In this document: positions 1 through 6,888 of the stretch, in pieces
Numbering within the stretch: position 1 is the first letter of the stretch
How the letters are laid out: every line of letters starts with the position of its first letter
Origin: Bacteroidales bacterium
GTDB lineage: Bacteria > Bacteroidota > Bacteroidia > Bacteroidales > UBA12077
Assembly (NCBI GenBank): GCA_028282585.1
Contig: JANQHR010000077.1
Span: 1 to 31,863, forward strand
Length of the DNA: 31,863 nt
Direction of reading: 5' to 3'
Translations under genes and position numbers: made by a program
The notes under the pieces: model-generated
The model's input: the letters and a program-made list of their open reading frames with translations, nothing else
Databases searched by the model: none
What the model was told of the DNA's origin: nothing

Positions 1-906
1 GACTTAGATAAAGAAAAATACAATATTTTTACTGTATTAGTAAAAGGAACCGAATGGGTTGCTAAAAATGAAACTACCTGCGATCTAATTGTAAATAAAG
101 ACGATTTTAGTTTTACTTCAAATAATCAAAAAATTAAGTTTGATTGTGCTTTGATCATAATTCATGGCACACCGGGTGAAGATGGTAAACTTCAAGGTTA
201 TTTCGATACTCTTAAAATCCCATATACAACGTCAAATACATTGGCCTCAGCCATAACATTCAATAAGATTTTTAGCAAAAATTATCTAAAACCATTCCAT
301 ATATCAATGGCAAATTACATAACTATTTCTAAAGGAGATGTAATCGACGCTAACAAAATTATTAAGGTAACAGGTTTACCTTGCTTTGTTAAACCCAACT
401 GTGGTGGTTCAAGTTTTGGTGTAACAAAAGTAAAGGAAAAAGAAAAACTTTATGAAGCCATTGAAGAAGCTTTTAAAGAAGATAAAGAGGTTATCATCGA
501 GGAATTTTTAGATGGAAAGGAATTAACTTGTGGATTATTCAAGACCAAAAAAAAATCCTATATATTCCCTCCTACAGAGATTGTTAGTAAAAATGAATTC
601 TTTGATTATGAAGCCAAGTATACCAAAGGTATGGCTGATGAAATTACACCTGCAAGAATTTCAGATGAATTAACAACCGAAATTCAAAATCTATCTTCGC
701 AGATTTATGATATTTTCCAACTAAGTGGAATTGTGAGAATTGATTACATTTACACTAAGAATCGGCTCTATTTTATGGAAGTTAATACCGTTCCGGGAAT
801 GAGTGCTGCAAGCATAGTTCCTAAACAAATTGAAGCAGCTGGATATGATCCAAAAGACATATTCGAACTTGCAATTGAAGATGCAATAGAACGAAATAAT
901 CAATGA
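1..906 (+). CDS. ddl: D-alanine--D-alanine ligase, 5'-truncated by the window edge
   Basis: Frame is open from base 1 (DLDKEKYNIF...FDCALIIIHGTPGEDG), so the TTG at 151 is not the real start. ATP-grasp motifs HGTPGEDG, FVKPNCGGSSFG, FDYEAKY (Tyr = D-Ala-D-Ala type), EVNTVPG. Confidence 0.95.
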   Translation, partial: DLDKEKYNIFTVLVKGTEWVAKNETTCDLIVNKDDFSFTSNNQKIKFDCALIIIHGTPGEDGKLQGYFDTLKIPYTTSNTLASAITFNKIFSKNYLKPFHISMANYITISKGDVIDANKIIKVTGLPCFVKPNCGGSSFGVTKVKEKEKLYEAIEEAFKEDKEVIIEEFLDGKELTCGLFKTKKKSYIFPPTEIVSKNEFFDYEAKYTKGMADEITPARISDELTTEIQNLSSQIYDIFQLSGIVRIDYIYTKNRLYFMEVNTVPGMSAASIVPKQIEAAGYDPKDIFELAIEDAIERNNQ

Positions 907-2948
907 AAAAAGTACACAACACAGCTTGTCCACGAAATTGTTACAGTACTTGTTCCTTTAAGGTTTGGACTGAAGACGGAAAAGTTATCAACATCGATCC
1001 TCAACCTTTAAATAAAGCGACACCCGAAGGGATTTGCTTAAAAGGATTAAGCTATGTTGAACGCGTAAACTCTCCTCGAAGAATTCTGTATCCATTAAAA
1101 AAGATTAAGGGAGAATTTAAACAAATATCATGGGAAAATGCCTTAAATGAGATATCTGAAAAATTAACCTACTATAAAGAAAAGTATAGCCCGCAAAGTA
1201 TTCTGTTTTATTTTGCCAGCGGCATGTCTGGCTTACTAAATTCCGTTAGTACTAATTTTTGGAAAATGTTTGGGGGAGCAACAACGGTCTATGGTAATTT
1301 ATGTTGGCCGGCTGGTTTGGAAGCAACTCGGTTAACTTTAGGAGAAAATAAACACAATGTCCCATGGGATCTCGAAAATGCTAAACTTATATTAGTTTGG
1401 GGTAAAAATCCTGCTGAATCAAATATTCAGCAAATGATTCCAATAGAGAAAGCACAACAAAAAGGTGCTAAACTAGTTTTTATTGATCCAAGAAGAACAG
1501 TTTCTTCAGAAAGAGCCGATATACTTGTTCAGCCTGTTCCCGGCACTGATGGAATTCTTGCTCTTGCTCTTGCAAAAATATTGATTGAAAAAAATTTGAT
1601 AGATCATGATTTTATTAATAAATATGTTTTAGGATTTGATCAATTTAAAGAATCCGTTCTTAAAATAAACATACATGAGGCTTCTAAAGAATGCGGTGTT
1701 TCTATCAGATTTATTAATAAATTGGCTAATCTTATTGGCACAGTTAAACCTATGACCCTAATTCCTGGGTACGGAATGCAGCGATATACAAATGGAGGAC
1801 AAACCACCAGGTGTTTACTTGCACTTTCTGTTATTACAGGAAACATTGGTAAACAAGGAGCTTGCTGGCATTATGCCGATTTACAAGGCGATATTTTTAG
1901 CAAAATAAAAGAACCATTAAGTTATTTTCCTCCTGAAAAACCAGATGGAATTTTCCGCAGGGAAATTGCTACAGCTCGTTTAGGAGAAGATATGCTCAAA
2001 ATGAGTGATCCGGAATTAAAGATGGCTTGGGTAGAACGTGGAAATCCATTGTCACAAAATCCGGATAGCAACAAAATTAAAGAGGCTTTTCACAAATTAG
2101 ATTTTAGTGTGGTAGTTGAGCAATTCATGACTGATACAGCAAGTGAAGCAGACATTGTGTTACCCGCTAAAACCATGTTCGAACAAAGTGATATAATTTC
2201 ATCATACTGGAATCCGTATGTTCAATTACGCCAAAAAGTAATTGATCCGATTGGAGAAGTAAAACCTGAAACAGAAATTTATTTTTTACTTGCAAAAAAA
2301 ATGGGCTTTTCTGATTCTAAAATTGCAAAAAATATTCCTTCTCCTTCTGATGAATCTATCGAAAGTTGGTTAATTGAACAAATTAAACCATGGCCCGAAA
2401 TAACATTAGAAAAACTAAAAGAAGGGCCTGTTTTAACGCCAGTACTGCAAGAAATCGCATTTTCGGATTTCACGTTTAATACTCCATCAGGTAAGATTGA
2501 GTTGTATTCAGAAACTGCTTCAAAAAAGTGGGAAGTAAACCCATTACCAAGCTATGAAAAAACAGCTGAAAGAAAAGATACAGTAAAAAATTATGCATTC
2601 AGTTTAATGTCGCCCAATACAAAAAACCGAATCCATTCACAGTTTGGCAACCTTGAAAGTATAAAACTTATAGATCCTGAACCTTTTGCAACTATTAATT
2701 TAGGAGATGCTGAAAAAAAAGGAATTAAGCAGGATGATTTTATCCGGGTTTTTAATGATCGAGGAGAACTCAAAATTAAAGTTAAAATTGACGCAAGTCT
2801 TCGACCGGGAAACATTGTAATTGTAAACGGATATTGGCACGAAGAAGGAGCTTGTCCTAATATATTATCAAAAGGTCGTGAGACAGATATGGGACATGGA
2901 ACAGCATTTCATGATAATATGGTTGATTACGAGAAAATAAAAAGTTAA
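903..2948 (+). CDS. Molybdopterin (bis-MGD) oxidoreductase catalytic subunit, DMSO reductase superfamily, no Tat signal, substrate unknown
   Basis: N-terminal 4Fe-4S motif C9-x3-C13-x3-C17-x27-C45 followed by LKG; RILYPLK, ISWENAL, WGKNP, IDPRRT, PGTDG, QFMTDTASEADIVLPA; C-terminal molybdopterin-dinucleotide domain (RIHSQF, VFNDRG). Likely Mo ligand Cys134 (GNLCW). ATGA overlap with ddl. Confidence 0.92.
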   Translation: MKKVHNTACPRNCYSTCSFKVWTEDGKVINIDPQPLNKATPEGICLKGLSYVERVNSPRRILYPLKKIKGEFKQISWENALNEISEKLTYYKEKYSPQSILFYFASGMSGLLNSVSTNFWKMFGGATTVYGNLCWPAGLEATRLTLGENKHNVPWDLENAKLILVWGKNPAESNIQQMIPIEKAQQKGAKLVFIDPRRTVSSERADILVQPVPGTDGILALALAKILIEKNLIDHDFINKYVLGFDQFKESVLKINIHEASKECGVSIRFINKLANLIGTVKPMTLIPGYGMQRYTNGGQTTRCLLALSVITGNIGKQGACWHYADLQGDIFSKIKEPLSYFPPEKPDGIFRREIATARLGEDMLKMSDPELKMAWVERGNPLSQNPDSNKIKEAFHKLDFSVVVEQFMTDTASEADIVLPAKTMFEQSDIISSYWNPYVQLRQKVIDPIGEVKPETEIYFLLAKKMGFSDSKIAKNIPSPSDESIESWLIEQIKPWPEITLEKLKEGPVLTPVLQEIAFSDFTFNTPSGKIELYSETASKKWEVNPLPSYEKTAERKDTVKNYAFSLMSPNTKNRIHSQFGNLESIKLIDPEPFATINLGDAEKKGIKQDDFIRVFNDRGELKIKVKIDASLRPGNIVIVNGYWHEEGACPNILSKGRETDMGHGTAFHDNMVDYEKIKS

Positions 2949-4225
2949 TGAATAAAAACATTTTCATATTTGATCAGAATAAATGTATTGGATGTCATGC
3001 TTGTGTTATTGCGTGTATCAACGAAAATGGTTTTCAATCTCCCGAGCAATGGAGAAACGTTCATAAATCCCAAGAAAATCATTTTCCCGATTCACCATTG
3101 TTCTACCTTTCTATAGCTTGTAATCATTGTGATAATGCTCCATGTATGAAAAACTGCCCTACCCTTGCCTATTCACGTGATGAAAAAACGGGAGCGATAG
3201 TTCATCATCCAGAAAAATGCATAGGATGTAAATATTGTACCTGGGCTTGCCCTTACGATGCACCAAAGTATAATCCCAAATCAGGAATAGTTGAAAAATG
3301 CACATTTTGTAACCATAAAATTGAAGAAGAATTAAAACCTGCATGTGCAAATCTTTGTCCTGTTGGGGCTTTAGACTTTTCTAATACTGTTTTTACAATT
3401 GAAGAATCAAAAGCTTCATCACCTGTTCCTGTTGAAGTAGGTTCCAATATTAAAATTAACAAATTAAGAAATAAATCAGGTCCTGAAATTGATTTAGATA
3501 TATTTAAAAATCAGCAATACGATAAAAAAGAAAACTTAAAACACGAAAAAATATCAGCTAAAGAAGAATGGCCCTTAGTTATTTTCACTTTATTATCGGC
3601 TATTCTTGTTAGTTTATATGCTTCTCAAAGAACCGAATTATTCCGGATAGCTAACAAATTTATTTATCTCGGACTCGGGGTTATTTCAGCTTTATTAAGT
3701 ATGCTCCACCTTGGTAAGAAGTTCAGAGTTTGGCGTTCTGTATTAAATCAAAAAAACTCTTGGTTAAGTAAAGAAATACTAAGTTTTGCCCTGTTTTTTG
3801 TAGGTGTATTAATTGATTTCTTTTTAATTGATATTTCTAACGTAATTATTATTTTCTTTGGTGTAATTTTACTTATATCAATTGATATGCTTTATAGTTT
3901 AGCAACTTGGCGCTGGCCAATAAAAATGCATTCGGCACAAACTCTTTTTATTGGAATTACCTTTTACGCTGCTTTAACAAGTTCCTATTTAATACTCGCT
4001 TTTATCTTAGCTTTTCGGTTAACAATTTATTTTTACAAATCGATAAATAGCCTAAAAATTATACATACTTTAAGGATTATTCTCCCGATAGCCTCGTTTG
4101 GTCTTCTTTTAAACCAACAGTTTATATTACCGCTAGCCTTATTGTTAATTGGAGAAATAATTGATCGGATAGAATTTTATAACGAATTAAATGTACCAGA
4201 TCCGAAGAAAGAATTTCAAGGATAA
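2948..4225 (+). CDS. Fused DmsB-like 4x[4Fe-4S] electron-transfer domain + DmsC/YnfH-like membrane anchor
   Basis: Cys groups CIGCHACVIAC, CNHCDNAPCMKNCP, CIGCKYCTWACP, KCTFC...PACANLCP. From about aa 206: EEWPLVIFT and SMLHLG...SWLSKEI (DmsC signatures), then several hydrophobic helices. TAATG overlap with the upstream gene. Confidence 0.9.
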   Translation: MNKNIFIFDQNKCIGCHACVIACINENGFQSPEQWRNVHKSQENHFPDSPLFYLSIACNHCDNAPCMKNCPTLAYSRDEKTGAIVHHPEKCIGCKYCTWACPYDAPKYNPKSGIVEKCTFCNHKIEEELKPACANLCPVGALDFSNTVFTIEESKASSPVPVEVGSNIKINKLRNKSGPEIDLDIFKNQQYDKKENLKHEKISAKEEWPLVIFTLLSAILVSLYASQRTELFRIANKFIYLGLGVISALLSMLHLGKKFRVWRSVLNQKNSWLSKEILSFALFFVGVLIDFFLIDISNVIIIFFGVILLISIDMLYSLATWRWPIKMHSAQTLFIGITFYAALTSSYLILAFILAFRLTIYFYKSINSLKIIHTLRIILPIASFGLLLNQQFILPLALLLIGEIIDRIEFYNELNVPDPKKEFQG

Positions 4226-4256
4226 AAAAAGAGCTGACCTTTACTTGATCAACTCT
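4224..4256 (-). terminator. Intrinsic terminator of the small secreted protein gene
   Basis: Minus strand GAGTTGATC-aagtaaa-GGTCAGCTC-TTTTTTT. The stem pairs fully (two G-U) only on the minus strand. Confidence 0.75.
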
Positions 4257-4278
4257 CATAATCAATACATGAAAAAAA

Positions 4279-4491
4279 TTACTTTTTCTTTTTTTCTGTT
4301 TGTTTTTTTTCTGTTTTTTCAGCCTTAGCTTTTTTATCACATGTGCTAGGACAATCTTTTGATACCTTTTCAGAACATTTTTCTGTTTTAGCTTTTTCAG
4401 CTTTCTTTTCTGGTTCTTGAGCATTAACTGTTGCTAAAGAAAGAACTGCAATAAATGCTATACTAGATAGTACTGTTAAAAATTTTTTCAT
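4279..4491 (-). CDS. Small secreted Lys/Glu-rich protein with three cysteines (70 aa)
   Basis: Sec signal peptide (MKK, hydrophobic core, TVNA|QE); 46-aa mature part with 17 Lys and C-x7-C-x3-C; own -7 box (4521-4528) and terminator (4224-4256). Confidence 0.85.
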   Translation of the reverse strand: MKKFLTVLSSIAFIAVLSLATVNAQEPEKKAEKAKTEKCSEKVSKDCPSTCDKKAKAEKTEKKQTEKKKK

Positions 4492-4520
4492 AACGTTAAT
4501 TTTTGTTTGTTAATTTTAAT

Positions 4521-4528
4521 CAAATATA
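4521..4528 (-). promoter_or_regulatory. Bacteroidota sigma-A -7 box (TATATTTG) for the small protein gene
   Basis: Exact match to TAnnTTTG about 30 nt upstream of the ATG at 4491. Confidence 0.6.
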
Positions 4529-4550
4529 TGAATACATCCGTCTTAACGGA

Positions 4551-4587
4551 GTTATTGTAAAGTTAATTCATGTTAATACGATGTTAA
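4551..4587. promoter_or_regulatory. Helically phased GTTAA direct repeats, candidate OmpR-family binding site
   Basis: GTTAT 4551, GTTAA 4562, 4572, 4583 (spacing 11/10/11), including TGTTAA-N5-TGTTAA at 4571-4587, in the divergent promoter region next to an OmpR-type system. Confidence 0.6.
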
Positions 4588-4614
4588 ATTTAAATAAATC
4601 ATTTATATTCTGGT

Positions 4615-4622
4615 TAAATTTG
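4615..4622 (+). promoter_or_regulatory. -7 box (TAAATTTG) for the sensor kinase operon
   Basis: TAnnTTTG match ending 4 nt before the ATG at 4627. Confidence 0.55.
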
Positions 4623-4626
4623 TGTA

Positions 4627-5883
4627 ATGAAAAATCGAAAACTTCAAATAATATTAATAACTCTAACTTTCGTAAGCTTAATTGCTTTAATAATAATTCA
4701 AATTACATGGATTGTTAAAGCAGCCAACATGCAGGAAAAGCAGTTTAGCCATAGTGTTAAATTAGCCATGAAACAAATTGTAGAGGATATAGCCAAGGAT
4801 GAATCTATTCGCGAAGAAGTAGCTAACTTCATTGTAAAAGGTGGCAAGTATTCCTGCTTTAAAAGTATGTATAATCAGGTTGAATGGGAACGAATTGATT
4901 CAATAGTGAGATGCGCTTTAAACTTTTACCATATCAAAACCGATTACGAATTCGATATAGTTGATACAAGAAAAGATAGCGATTTTAACGTTTGCAATAA
5001 ATCCTATTTTTCTAATAATCTTGAAAGCGTTCTTTTGCAAAATGCCATTGAATTAAAGATCATATTTCCCAAAAAGAGAGAGTTTATTGCCGCGCAAATA
5101 AGTATTATGTTCATAACGTCTATAATTCTTATTGCACTAATTGCATTTTCATTTCTTTTTATTCTAAAATACTTTAAGAGAGAACAAGCTCTTTATAAAG
5201 GAACTAGAGATTTTATTAATAATATTACGCATGAATTTAAAACACCGTTAACAAATATAGCCTTGGCTAACAGTATGTTGTCAAAGAATAAGACAATTTC
5301 TGAAGATGAGAAGCTTAACCATTACTCAGATATTATTAAGATAGAACATAGTAAACTTAAAAACCGGGTTGAAGGATTATTAGATATCGCCAGAATTGAA
5401 AATGGCGTAGGAAACCAATGTGAAACAATCGACATTTGTAATTTTATAAAATGTACAGTTGATTCATACAAGGTACAAATACAGGAATTAAATGGTAAAA
5501 TAACCTATGAACAACTATCTCAAAAATGCACAACAAACGCCAATAAAGATGATTTTCAGACTGTTATCTCTAATTTAATTGATAATGCTATTAAATACTG
5601 TGAAAAAAAACCAAAAATTATCATACGATCTTTTGATAAAAACAATTTCATCATAATTGAAGTTGAAGATAATGGTATTGGAATAAAAAAGGAATATATC
5701 AATCAGATATTTGAAAAATACTTTCGTGTCCCAACAGGTGATGTGCATAATGTTAAAGGATTTGGTATAGGATTATCAACCGTAAAAACTATTATTGAAT
5801 CAATTCATGGAGAAATTAACGTTCAAAGCACACCAGGCGAAGGATCTAAATTTATTATTAAATTACCTTATTGCAGTAAATAA
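4627..5883 (+). CDS. Membrane-bound sensor histidine kinase (RprX-like architecture)
   Basis: Two TM helices flanking a ~125-aa periplasmic domain; H box THEFKTPL, N box NLIDNAIKY, G1 DNGIG, G2 GFGIGL. Confidence 0.93.
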   Translation: MKNRKLQIILITLTFVSLIALIIIQITWIVKAANMQEKQFSHSVKLAMKQIVEDIAKDESIREEVANFIVKGGKYSCFKSMYNQVEWERIDSIVRCALNFYHIKTDYEFDIVDTRKDSDFNVCNKSYFSNNLESVLLQNAIELKIIFPKKREFIAAQISIMFITSIILIALIAFSFLFILKYFKREQALYKGTRDFINNITHEFKTPLTNIALANSMLSKNKTISEDEKLNHYSDIIKIEHSKLKNRVEGLLDIARIENGVGNQCETIDICNFIKCTVDSYKVQIQELNGKITYEQLSQKCTTNANKDDFQTVISNLIDNAIKYCEKKPKIIIRSFDKNNFIIIEVEDNGIGIKKEYINQIFEKYFRVPTGDVHNVKGFGIGLSTVKTIIESIHGEINVQSTPGEGSKFIIKLPYCSK

Positions 5884-5888
5884 TAGAA

Positions 5889-6584
5889 ATGAATAATAAC
5901 AAACTTAAAATATTGTTAGCTGAAGACGACACAAATTTAGGATTTCTGTTGTTGGAGTTTCTTGAAACCAATGGATTTGATGTGAAATTATATCGCGATG
6001 GTAAATCTGGTTTAAAAGGCTTCCATTCTTATGATTTTAATTTTTGCATTTTGGATGTTATGATGCCTTTTATGGATGGCTTCACACTAGCAGAAAAGAT
6101 TAGAAGCCAAAATAAATCTATTCCAATTATTTTTTTAACGGCCAGATCTATGAAAGAAGATAAAATGCGCGGTTTTCAAATCGGAATTGATGACTACATT
6201 ACTAAACCTTTTGACGAAGACGAACTTTTATTTCGAATTCAGTCTATTTTAAAAAGAGTTAATGCTGAACCAAAAGAAGTTAAGAATGTATATGAACTCG
6301 GAAAAATAAAATTTGATGCCGAAAATCAGGAACTTAAAATTGGAAAGGAATCAAAAAGACTTACATCAAAAGAAACCAAAGTCCTATCAATACTTGCCAA
6401 ATCTAAAAATAATATTGTAAAACGTGAAGATTTAATGATACAGGTTTGGGGCGAAACCGATTACTTCATTGGTAGAAGCCTCGATGTATTTATATCGAAA
6501 ATTCGTAAACACCTACAAACCGAACCGAAAATAAAAATAGAAACTATCCCTACCGTTGGTATTATTCTTAGTTTAGAAGAATAA
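5889..6584 (+). CDS. OmpR/PhoB-family response regulator (RprY-like)
   Basis: REC motifs LLAEDD, ILDVMMP, FLTA, YITKPF; winged-helix C-terminus RSLDVFISKIRK...IETIPTVG. Confidence 0.95.
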   Translation: MNNNKLKILLAEDDTNLGFLLLEFLETNGFDVKLYRDGKSGLKGFHSYDFNFCILDVMMPFMDGFTLAEKIRSQNKSIPIIFLTARSMKEDKMRGFQIGIDDYITKPFDEDELLFRIQSILKRVNAEPKEVKNVYELGKIKFDAENQELKIGKESKRLTSKETKVLSILAKSKNNIVKREDLMIQVWGETDYFIGRSLDVFISKIRKHLQTEPKIKIETIPTVGIILSLEE

Positions 6585-6613
6585 TATTATTTTTATCCAT
6601 AAATATTTCATAG

Positions 6614-6871
6614 ATGAGCACTGTTGATCTAATAGGATTTATTGGAGTATCAATTATTTTGATAGCTTTTTTTCTAAATCTTATAAACTTAATTTCAAAT
6701 AAAAGCCTTTTGTATGTATTGCTAAATTTTATAGGCGCAGGAATAGCTTGTTATGCTTCAGTATTGTTGAAATACGTACCTTTCATTATTTTAGAAGGTA
6801 TGTGGGCACTGGTTTCACTTTGGGGTATATTTCAGGTAATAAAAAAAGGCCTGAATACTCATCAGGCCTAA
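6614..6871 (+). CDS. Small three-TM membrane protein (CBU_0592-like family)
   Basis: 85 aa, three hydrophobic helices, pattern IGFIGV..ILIAF..Y..LNFIGA...PFIILE..WALVS recognised as CBU_0592-like. Confidence 0.7.
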   Translation: MSTVDLIGFIGVSIILIAFFLNLINLISNKSLLYVLLNFIGAGIACYASVLLKYVPFIILEGMWALVSLWGIFQVIKKGLNTHQA

Positions 6872-6875
6872 TTTT
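6840..6875 (-). terminator. Intrinsic terminator of gcvP, probably bidirectional
   Basis: Perfect stem AGGCCTGA (6847-6854) / TCAGGCCT (6862-6869); A-run at 6841-6847 gives a U-tract on the minus strand. Confidence 0.8.
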
Positions 6876-6888
6876 AAATTATCTAAGT

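Noticed and set aside
151-153. TTG start for ddl given in the ORF track
   Set aside because: The frame is open to base 1 with Ddl-like sequence; the true start is outside the window.
903-2948. Selenocysteine or formate dehydrogenase / dmsA assignment
   Set aside because: No in-frame TGA, no C/U-H FDH motif and no Tat leader or Ser-ligand motif, so no gene symbol was given.
4122-4424. 100-aa Lys-rich minus ORF
   Set aside because: Alternate frame of the 70-aa gene; it runs through its terminator and overlaps the DmsBC gene.
4503-4718. 71-aa plus ORF
   Set aside because: TTG start, Asn-rich, spans promoter elements and overlaps the kinase out of frame.
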